Source: Myxococcota bacterium
GTDB taxonomy: Bacteria; Myxococcota_A; Polyangia; Nannocystales; Nannocystaceae
Assembly (NCBI GenBank): GCA_039028615.1
Contig: JBCCHT010000049.1
Location: 29,514-93,513, forward strand
DNA length: 64,000 bases
Direction of reading: 5' to 3'
Position 1 is the stretch's first letter. Every line of letters begins with the position of its first letter. Below the pieces are notes generated by a model. That model worked only from the letters and a program-made list of their open reading frames with translations, made no database searches and had not been told where the DNA came from. This document shows, one piece after another, positions 1 through 7,352 of this stretch. Made by a program: the position numbers and the translations under genes.

Positions 1-239
1 GTGTCGCCCACGTCCAGGATCACGCCGGTCTCGTCGAGGCTGCGGGTGTCCGTGCTCTCGAGGGCGCCGCTGCTGCTGCTCGTCGCGGGGCTGGCCTGGC
101 CCGTCGTGGCGTCCGTGCCGTCGTTGAACACTCCGCCGTCGCCGGGGCTGCCGTTGCAGGCCGCCATGGCCATCGTGGTGAGCAGCGCGGCGGCGTTCAC
201 ACCCGCGCATCCACGTTTACGTCCTGACTCTTCGTTCAT
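1..239 (-). CDS. Partial lipoprotein (5' part only; runs off the window edge) with an S/T-rich linker
   Basis: Manual translation from ATG at 239: MNEESGRKRGCAGVNAAALLTTMAMAAC-NGSPGDGGVF...TTGQASPATSSSS. Lipobox-like MAAC; G-rich RBS-like stretch upstream. Confidence 0.6.
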   Translation of the reverse strand, partial: MNEESGRKRGCAGVNAAALLTTMAMAACNGSPGDGGVFNDGTDATTGQASPATSSSSGALESTDTRSLDETGVILDVGD

Positions 240-398
240 CGTTCGACCCCCCCAGGCCTCGGTGGTGAAGGACGAGTATCGCGTGGGACTGTGCAGACTC
301 GATCCCCAGTACTGCGTGGGGATTCTCTCAGGTCGATCAGCGGTCCCGCCTGCCTTGCGTGCCCGGGGTGAGGCTGCGAGCATCCTGCTTCCGCCGAC

Positions 399-2039
399 AT
401 GTTCTCGGAGGTCGACCAAGTGGCAGAATCCAAAGATCAAAAAGGGCATCCATCCGGCCTCTACGTCCTGTTCTCGGCCGAGATGTGGGAGCGTTTTTGC
501 TACTACACGATGCGGGGTCTGCTGACCCTGTACCTCACCAAGGCCCTGGTGATGGGCGACACCAAGGCGTTCGCGATCTACGGCGCCTATACGGCGCTCG
601 TGTACGCGGCCCCGGTGCTCGGCGGCCAGATCGCGGACAAGATCCTCGGCTATCGCCGCGCGGTGATCCTCGGCGGCGTGATGATGATGATCGGCGAGTT
701 CATCATCTGCTTCGGCACGCCTGACGCGATGTACCTCGGGATGGGGGTCATCATCGTCGGCAACGGCTACTTCAAGGCGAACATCTCGAGCATCGTCGGC
801 AAGCTCTACGAAGACGGCGACCCCCGACGCGACTCGGGCTTCACCATCTTCTACATGGGCATCAACGTCGGCGCGGTGATGGCCACCCTGATCGGCGCTC
901 CGGTGGGCGAGGGACTCGCGGCGGGCGAGCTGGGCAACGCCGGCTACCTGGTGGGCTTTGCTCTGGCCGGCGTCGGCATGATCGCCGGCCTCGCCTTCTT
1001 CATCCTCGGCAAGCACAAGCTCGAGGGCAGGGGCGAGCCGCCCGATCTGGAGAAGCTGCACGCCCCCGTGTTCGCGGGCATGAGCCTGCAGACGGTGACC
1101 ATCGTGCTGTCCTTCGCCGTGGTCCCGGCGCTGTACTACCTCATCCAGTACAAGAGCATCGTCGACGTCGTGCTGCTGGTCGCCCTGGGCGCGGTGGTGG
1201 TCCAGCTTTTCATCGCCGCGTTCTCCGACGGCGGCAAGGTCCAGCGCGATCGCATCTTCGTGCTGATGATCCTGATGGTCTTCAACGTGGTGTTCTGGGC
1301 GTGCTTCGAGCAGGCGGGCACTTCGCTGACCCTCTTCGCCGACCGCAACGTGGACCGGGCCATCTTCGGCTGGGAGATGCCGGCCTCGATGACGCAGTTC
1401 TTCAACCCTGCGTTCATCGTGCTGTTCGGGTCGTTCTTCTCGGTGCTGTGGATCAAGCTCGACAAGAAGAACCTCAACCCGAACATCCCGATGAAGTTCG
1501 GCATGGGCATCATGCAGCTCGGCTTCGGCTACCTGCTGCTCCAGCTGGGCGCGCAGATGGCTGGCGCCGATGCTCGGGTGCCGCTGTTCATCCTGGTGTT
1601 CATGTACATGCTGCACACGACGGGCGAGCTGTTCTTGTCCCCGATCGGCCTGTCCATGGTCACCAAGTTGGCCCCCAGGCACATGACCGGCTCGGTCATG
1701 GGGGCCTGGTTCCTGTCCTTCGCGTTCGCGAACTCGCTGGCGGCGTTCATCGCCCAGTTCACGGGCGGTGAGCACGGCGGCGGCGGGCCGATCACCAGCA
1801 TGGTCGATCAAGCGGTGAAGATCGTGACCCCACCCGAAGGGGCTCTACACACGCTGGTCGGCACGGCGCAGACGATGGCCACCTCCGAGCACTGGGTGAA
1901 GGTCAGCGAAGAAGCGACCAAGAGCCTCGAAGGCTATCTCGGCCCCTTCACCACCATGGGTCTCATCTCGGTGGGAATCGGGGTCTTCCTCGCGGTGGCC
2001 TCACCGTGGCTCAACAAGATGATGCACGGGGTCAAGTAG
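399..2039 (+). CDS. Proton-dependent oligopeptide transporter (POT/PTR family MFS)
   Basis: ExxERFxYY motif (EMWERFCYY), GNGYFKANISSIVG, DSGFTIFYMGIN, GELFLSPIGLS; many TM segments. Confidence 0.95.
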   Translation: MFSEVDQVAESKDQKGHPSGLYVLFSAEMWERFCYYTMRGLLTLYLTKALVMGDTKAFAIYGAYTALVYAAPVLGGQIADKILGYRRAVILGGVMMMIGEFIICFGTPDAMYLGMGVIIVGNGYFKANISSIVGKLYEDGDPRRDSGFTIFYMGINVGAVMATLIGAPVGEGLAAGELGNAGYLVGFALAGVGMIAGLAFFILGKHKLEGRGEPPDLEKLHAPVFAGMSLQTVTIVLSFAVVPALYYLIQYKSIVDVVLLVALGAVVVQLFIAAFSDGGKVQRDRIFVLMILMVFNVVFWACFEQAGTSLTLFADRNVDRAIFGWEMPASMTQFFNPAFIVLFGSFFSVLWIKLDKKNLNPNIPMKFGMGIMQLGFGYLLLQLGAQMAGADARVPLFILVFMYMLHTTGELFLSPIGLSMVTKLAPRHMTGSVMGAWFLSFAFANSLAAFIAQFTGGEHGGGGPITSMVDQAVKIVTPPEGALHTLVGTAQTMATSEHWVKVSEEATKSLEGYLGPFTTMGLISVGIGVFLAVASPWLNKMMHGVK

Positions 2040-2065
2040 CCCCCGACCAGGAAAGAGAAGCACCA

Positions 2066-2371
2066 ATGCAAGCAGCAAAGGGCAAATGTTTGGCCGGGGT
2101 CGTCATCGCGATGGCGCTGGCGGGTTGTGGCAACGAAAAATGCGACGCGCTGGGCAAGCACATGGCCGACGTGGTGCTGGCCGAGGCCGCCGACAAGGCG
2201 GCGGTCGAGGACAAGCGCGAGGACATCGTCAAGAAGACGATCGAGGCCTGCCAGGCCGAGCCGCCCGAGGAAAAGGCGCTCGACTGTGCCCTGAAGGCCA
2301 AGTCCACGGCCGAGATGAAGGCCTGCGAGGCCGACGACGAGAAGAAGGCCGACGAAGAAAAGAAGGACTGA
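2066..2371 (+). CDS. Small helical Cys-containing lipoprotein
   Basis: MQAAKGK...LAGC lipobox; four further Cys; purine-rich stretch upstream. Confidence 0.75.
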   Translation: MQAAKGKCLAGVVIAMALAGCGNEKCDALGKHMADVVLAEAADKAAVEDKREDIVKKTIEACQAEPPEEKALDCALKAKSTAEMKACEADDEKKADEEKKD

Positions 2372-2396
2372 AGTCCCGGCTTCGCGGGGAAAGGCC

Positions 2397-3008
2397 ATGG
2401 CACGGACGCCCAGGGGTCCCCCTTCGGTCGGACCCACCGTCGACTACCAGGAGCCCGAGCTCTCCGAGCTGGGGCGCCCCTGTCTCGAGGTCGTCCGCGG
2501 CGTCCCCTTCGGCAAGCCGGTGCTGCTGCGCGTCGGCTCGTCGCTGGTCGGGCGTGACCCCGAGGCCGAGCTGCGTCTCGATGTCAGCGGGGTGTCGCGC
2601 AAGCACGCCCGGCTCTCGGTGAGCGACGAGGGCGAGGTCCGCCTCACCGACCTGGGCTCGCGCAACGGCAGCTTCGTCAACGCGCAGCGGGTCGAGAGCG
2701 CGGCGCTGCGGGATCACGACGAGCTGCGCTTTGGCCCCGCGGTGCTGCGCCTGCGCTTCATCGGCCGCGAGGCGCCGCTGCCCGCCGCGCCGCAGCCGGT
2801 CCGACCCCCCGAGCTGAGCGAGCGCGAGTTCGAGGTCGCCTGCCTGGTCGCCGAGGGGCTGACCAACGCCGAGGTCGGCAAGCGCCTGTTCATCAGCCCC
2901 GCCACCGTGGGTCGGCACCTGTCGAACATCTACGAGCGTCTCGACATCCACTCGCGCGCGGCGCTGACCCGCTTCATCACCGATCCGCACGCGCGCCGCG
3001 GCTCCTAG
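2397..3008 (+). CDS. FHA domain + LuxR-type HTH transcriptional regulator
   Basis: FHA motifs VGR...VSRKHA...DLGSRNG; LuxR HTH LSEREFEV...GLTNAEVGKRLFISPATV. Confidence 0.9.
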   Translation: MARTPRGPPSVGPTVDYQEPELSELGRPCLEVVRGVPFGKPVLLRVGSSLVGRDPEAELRLDVSGVSRKHARLSVSDEGEVRLTDLGSRNGSFVNAQRVESAALRDHDELRFGPAVLRLRFIGREAPLPAAPQPVRPPELSEREFEVACLVAEGLTNAEVGKRLFISPATVGRHLSNIYERLDIHSRAALTRFITDPHARRGS

Positions 3009-3028
3009 TGCGTTGCAGCCCCTGACTG

Positions 3029-3052
3029 CAGTCCATGGACTGTGGTGGACTG
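3029..3052. promoter_or_regulatory. Perfect 14-bp palindrome CAGTCCATGGACTG plus a TGGACTG direct repeat; candidate operator
   Basis: Palindrome at 3029-3042; TGGACTG at 3036 and 3046; lies between the FHA-LuxR gene and the next lipoprotein gene. Confidence 0.35.
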
Positions 3053-3132
3053 CGACGTTTCAGAATGCACGACCGAGACGGAATCATTGGGTAAATCGGG
3101 GTGATCGAGTCTTGCTACCGTGGAGGGGCACC

Positions 3133-3951
3133 ATGCACTCCACGTCCCGCCTGCTCGCCGCGCCCGCCTTCCTCGGTCTTGCCGCTCTGACCTCGTCGGG
3201 GTGTCTCCCCGACAATGCATCGCGGTCCGAGATGCGCGAGGCGCTGGTCGAGATCGCGGCGATGGGCGATGGCCTCGGCGCGCAGGACGACATCATCGAG
3301 CTGACCACCAGCTTCACGCTGGGGCAGGGCGTCGAGGCGGCGGCCGAGGAGATCCGGGCCTTCGTGGCCAGCCAGGTGCCGTGCTCGACGGTGACGGTGA
3401 GCCCGGGGCAGGTCTCGATCGACTTCGGCGATCTCGAGGACGCCTGTGTCTATCGCGGTCGGACCTACGCGGGGGTGGTGACGGTGTCGGTCGAGCTGAC
3501 CGGCGACGGCGCCCACGTGACGCACCTGTACGAGGGCTTCACGGGTGGCAAGGTGACGATGGACGGCACGGCGGACGTGCACTGGGACGACGGCACGCGC
3601 CACATCGTGACCGACTTCGACTTCGTGACCGACGATCGCACGGTGGCGGTGGACTCCGATCGCACCCAGACCTTCAGCGCATGCCCCGATGCGGAAGCGG
3701 TCTGCGTGCACATCGAGGGCGACCGCCACTGGGTCAACGAGCGCGGCGAGTGGGACATGACCATCGAGGACATCCAGGCCCGCAGCATCGATCCCGTGCC
3801 CGAGTCGGGTCGCTACGTGGTGGTGAACCCCGAGGACCGCGAGATCGGCCTGAGCTTCTCGCGGGTCGACGGCAACACCATCGAGGTCGTGCTCTCGGGA
3901 GGTCGTCGCGACTTCACGCTAGAGGTCACGGCGGCGGGGCAGGTCGAGTAG
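3133..3951 (+). CDS. Myxobacterial beta-rich lipoprotein of unknown function
   Basis: GGAGGGG RBS before ATG 3133; signal peptide ending SSGC; strong GC3 bias. Confidence 0.8.
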   Translation: MHSTSRLLAAPAFLGLAALTSSGCLPDNASRSEMREALVEIAAMGDGLGAQDDIIELTTSFTLGQGVEAAAEEIRAFVASQVPCSTVTVSPGQVSIDFGDLEDACVYRGRTYAGVVTVSVELTGDGAHVTHLYEGFTGGKVTMDGTADVHWDDGTRHIVTDFDFVTDDRTVAVDSDRTQTFSACPDAEAVCVHIEGDRHWVNERGEWDMTIEDIQARSIDPVPESGRYVVVNPEDREIGLSFSRVDGNTIEVVLSGGRRDFTLEVTAAGQVE

Positions 3952-5394
3952 GGCGGCCTCAGCCAGTCGTTTCACGGCCTCGCGGAGCTCGTCTTCGTCG
4001 TGGCGGGCGAAGCCGAGGCGGGCGTAAGGGCGGCGCCGACCGTCGAAGCTGAAGACCCGCGCGGGCCGAATCCGAACCCCGCGCTGGGCCGCACGCTCGC
4101 TCCAGTCGTCGGGGTCGAGGCCATCGAGCCGTACCCACAGCGCCAAGCCCCCGGTGGGGGGCCGGATGTCCACGAAGTCGCCCAGGCGTGTCTGCAGGCC
4201 CTCGACCAGCGCATCGCGGCGCGCCATGTAGTTGCGGCGCGCTCGCCAGACGTGCCGCTGCAGGTCGCCGTCTTCCATCAGCTCGGCCACCGCCGCTTCG
4301 ACGGCGAGGTCGCCCTGGCGATCGATGGTGGCGCGAAGGTCCGTCAGCCGTCGTAGCAAGGGCGCGGGGGCGACGACGTAGCCGATGCGCAGCCCCGGCG
4401 CGAGCACCTTGGACAGCGTGCCCACGTAGATGACGTGCCCGCCGCGATCGAGGGTCGCGAGCGGGAGCACGGGGGGCCCTTCGTAGTGGAACTCGTGATC
4501 GTAGTCGTCTTCGATGATCGCGAGCCGATGGGTCCGGGCCAGGTCGAGCAGCGCCAGTCGCCGCGGGCCGCTGAGCGTGACGGTGGTGGGGTACTGATGG
4601 TGCGGCGTGAGGTAGACGGCGCGCAGCGATTGCTCCTTCGCGAGCTCGGCCAGGCGCTCGACATCGAGGCCTTCGTCGTCCACGGCCACGGGCACCAGCT
4701 CCGCGCCGTGGGCCTTGAGGGCGTCCCACGCGGGGCGATAGCCAAAGGACTCCACGGCCACCCGATCGCCTGGGCGCAAGACGGCGGCGGCCACCAGCCA
4801 CAGCGCCATCTGGCTGCCGCGCGTCACGAATACGTCGTCGCGCTCGCAGGCCAGGCCGCGGGCGTCGGCCAGCATGGCCGCGAGCTGCTGGCGTAGCGCG
4901 GGCAGGCCGGACACGGGCCCGTAGTCGAGCAGGGTCTGCGCGTGACGCTTGAGCCCGCGACGGTACGCCCGCGCGAGCACGTCCCAGGGCACGAGTCGCA
5001 CGTCGGGCAGGCCCCCGGCCAGGTCGTATTCGAAATGGGGAGCGGTGTACGCCTGCGTCGGGGGCAGCTCGCCCAGGGCGAACCCCAGCCGGCCCGGCAT
5101 GGCGGCTCGTGGCCCGTCGTCGCGCCGCGGTGGTCGTTGCCCGGGACTGGCCACTCTCCGTCCCCGGGCGGGCTCGGTGCGGATCCAGCCTTCGGCATCC
5201 AACGCGTCGTACGCCACGTTGACCGTGTTGCGATTGACGCCCAGCTGCTGCGCGAGGCTCCGGGAGCCGGGCAAGCGCTGGTCGGGCCGCAGGCGCCCCC
5301 GCAGGATCTCCCGCCGAATGGCGGAGGCGATGCGCACGGCCAGCCCGCCCGCGTCTTCGGGCGGCAGCTCGAGCGCCAGGGTCCAATCTCCCAC
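3919..5394 (-). CDS. MocR/GabR family PLP-dependent GntR regulator
   Basis: N-terminal wHTH (LPGSRSLAQQLGVNRNTV); aminotransferase-like domain with TPHHQYPT, IIEDDYD and GTLSKVLAPGLRIGY. Confidence 0.95.
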   Translation of the reverse strand: MGDWTLALELPPEDAGGLAVRIASAIRREILRGRLRPDQRLPGSRSLAQQLGVNRNTVNVAYDALDAEGWIRTEPARGRRVASPGQRPPRRDDGPRAAMPGRLGFALGELPPTQAYTAPHFEYDLAGGLPDVRLVPWDVLARAYRRGLKRHAQTLLDYGPVSGLPALRQQLAAMLADARGLACERDDVFVTRGSQMALWLVAAAVLRPGDRVAVESFGYRPAWDALKAHGAELVPVAVDDEGLDVERLAELAKEQSLRAVYLTPHHQYPTTVTLSGPRRLALLDLARTHRLAIIEDDYDHEFHYEGPPVLPLATLDRGGHVIYVGTLSKVLAPGLRIGYVVAPAPLLRRLTDLRATIDRQGDLAVEAAVAELMEDGDLQRHVWRARRNYMARRDALVEGLQTRLGDFVDIRPPTGGLALWVRLDGLDPDDWSERAAQRGVRIRPARVFSFDGRRRPYARLGFARHDEDELREAVKRLAEAALLDLPRRRDL

Positions 5395-5428
5395 GGGTCA
5401 TGGGTACCACGCCCTCGCCCCCGATCTT

Positions 5429-5478
5429 GAACTGGACTAGTCAAAAAATACGAACTGGACCTCCTGGATAGTCCGTTT
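5429..5478. promoter_or_regulatory. MocR-type operator: two GAACTGGAC direct repeats plus an inverted copy
   Basis: GAACTGGAC at 5429-5437 and 5452-5460, CTGGAT at 5464, inverted GTCCGTTT at 5471-5478; in the divergent intergenic region of the MocR gene. Confidence 0.7.
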
Positions 5479-5496
5479 GGATTCATCTTCCCCTGC

Positions 5497-6531
5497 ATGG
5501 AGTCGAGCCCCTTCGCGATGACCGACCAGGAGGTCTTCGAGCTGTTCCGACGCACGGGTGTGCTGCGCATGGCCACCGTCACCCCGCGGGGGCCCCTGAT
5601 GCGCACCATGGATTGCGCGGTCGTGGACGGAACCCTGTGCTTTCACGGCGGCGATCGGGGCGAGAAGCTCGACCTGCTGGAGCAGGAGGTGGTGGCGAGC
5701 ACGGACGAGACGGTGGCGCACCTGCCCAGCTGGTTCTTCGACGAGCGCCGGGCCTGCCCCGCCACGACCTACTACCGCAGCGCGGTGTTGCGGGGTCGAG
5801 TGGAACGGGTGGAGGTGCCCGCCGAGAAGGCGGCGATCCTGCGGGCGTTGATGGAGCGCCATCAGCCCGAGGGGCGCTACCAAGATCTCGTGGCCCACGA
5901 CCCGCTGTACACCGCGGTCATCGACAAGCTGCTGGTGGCTCGCTTTCGGCCCACGTCGATCTCGGGCAAGGCCAAGCTCGGGCAACACAAGGGACCACGC
6001 ACCATTGCCAAGGCGGTCGCGGGGCTATGGCAACGTGGCGAGCCCGGCGACTTGGCGGCGATCCGGGCCATCCTCGAGGCTCACCCCCGCGCTCTTCCGC
6101 CGCAGTGGATGCTCGGTCCCGAAGGGTCGGTCTTCGAGGTGTCACCCGGCGAGCGCGAGCTCGAGGCCGCCGTCGAGCTGGTGCGCGACGAGTACTGGAA
6201 CGTGGGGGTGGAACCGTGGCGGATCCGTGATGCCCATCGGTCGAGCGCGGCGTGGGTCGTCGCCCGCGATGCCGCGGGGCGGGTGGTGGCCACCGCCCGA
6301 GCGATGAGCGACGACGCCAAGGCGGCGTGGATCTACGACGTCGCGGTGAGCCGCACGGTCCGGGCCCGCGGTGTGGGCCAGGCCCTCATGGCGCTGCTGC
6401 TCGACCACCCCCGGGTTCGCCGCGCCCGACGAGTCGTGCTGCGCACCCGCGATGCGCACGGCTTCTACGCGAAGTTTGGGTTCGGTCATGAGACGGGGCG
6501 CAACGACTTGCTCGCGGTCATTCGAACGTGA
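5497..6531 (+). CDS. Split-barrel flavin/heme-binding (PNPOx/NimA/PaiB-like) domain fused to a GNAT acetyltransferase
   Basis: N-terminal ACPATTYYRS...EKAAILRALMERHQPEG...GKAKLGQ; C-terminal GNAT motif WIYDVAV..RARGVGQAL...HGFYAKFGF. Confidence 0.85.
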   Translation: MESSPFAMTDQEVFELFRRTGVLRMATVTPRGPLMRTMDCAVVDGTLCFHGGDRGEKLDLLEQEVVASTDETVAHLPSWFFDERRACPATTYYRSAVLRGRVERVEVPAEKAAILRALMERHQPEGRYQDLVAHDPLYTAVIDKLLVARFRPTSISGKAKLGQHKGPRTIAKAVAGLWQRGEPGDLAAIRAILEAHPRALPPQWMLGPEGSVFEVSPGERELEAAVELVRDEYWNVGVEPWRIRDAHRSSAAWVVARDAAGRVVATARAMSDDAKAAWIYDVAVSRTVRARGVGQALMALLLDHPRVRRARRVVLRTRDAHGFYAKFGFGHETGRNDLLAVIRT

Positions 6532-6534
6532 CGA

Positions 6535-6559
6535 AGCCGACCCACGGCGTGGGTCGGCT
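6535..6559. terminator. Strong GC hairpin between convergent genes (likely bidirectional terminator)
   Basis: AGCCGACCCAC-GGC-GTGGGTCGGCT, a perfect 11-bp stem just after the stop at 6531. Confidence 0.7.
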
Positions 6560-6595
6560 CCGATGAACCCCTGACTGGGGCAAAACGACTCAGCC

Positions 6596-7192
6596 TTACT
6601 TGGCCGTCATCAGGTCAGCCGCGCCGACCTCGGTGTAGCTGTCGAGTTCGTCCTGCGAGATCGGCATGGGCGTGCTCACGTCGGACAGGGCGGTGGCCAG
6701 CTCCGGGTGCCCGCTGCGGATCTCCTGCAAGGACTCTTCGACGTTGTCGGGGTCGATGTTCCACTCTTCGAGGCTGTACAGCATCAAGGAGTGGCCGCCG
6801 TCGCTGATCTCGAGGCACAGCTCGAAGGGCTCGGGGGCTTCGCCTTCGCACTCCCAGCTCTTCACCGTCACTTTGCCCCGGACGCGCTCCTGGGGGAAGA
6901 ACAGCGACAATCGGTTGCCCTCGAGGCCGTAGTGGAACAGCTCCACGAGGTGGCGCCACTGCGACGAACGGCCCGTAGCGCCGAGGCGATCGCCGTCGAT
7001 GTCGATCAACACCAGGTGTTGGATCATCTCGCGGGAGTCCCCGGGGATGCGCTCGATCCAGAACTGGTTGAGCACGTGCTGGGTGCCGGCAGCCTCATCG
7101 TCCGCGAACAGGCATTGGCCCAGGGTGAACATTCCGTAGGCGCTCGCTCCAGCAAGCGCGAGTCCGAGCAGCTTCGTCGTCGTCTTGGCCAT
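6596..7192 (-). CDS. Hypothetical membrane-anchored or exported protein
   Basis: MAKTTTKLLGLALAGASAY hydrophobic N-terminus; coding-like composition. Confidence 0.7.
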   Translation of the reverse strand: MAKTTTKLLGLALAGASAYGMFTLGQCLFADDEAAGTQHVLNQFWIERIPGDSREMIQHLVLIDIDGDRLGATGRSSQWRHLVELFHYGLEGNRLSLFFPQERVRGKVTVKSWECEGEAPEPFELCLEISDGGHSLMLYSLEEWNIDPDNVEESLQEIRSGHPELATALSDVSTPMPISQDELDSYTEVGAADLMTAK

Positions 7193-7352
7193 GGCGCACC
7201 GTACCAGGTTTGCCACGGCTACATTTCCGGCGCCTCGAACGCGAGGGGGGTTTAACTGGGACGCGCCTTCAGTGTCGGTTGGCTCGCATGGCGCCGCTTG
7301 AGATGAGGCCCCGAGCCCGGCATGCTCGGCCCGAGGGAGAGGCCCCTCGAGC

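Noticed and set aside
2397..3008. FHA protein as an OdhI/GarA-like inhibitor of SucA
   Set aside because: It carries a DNA-binding HTH and lies ~25 kb from sucA; no evidence of a link.
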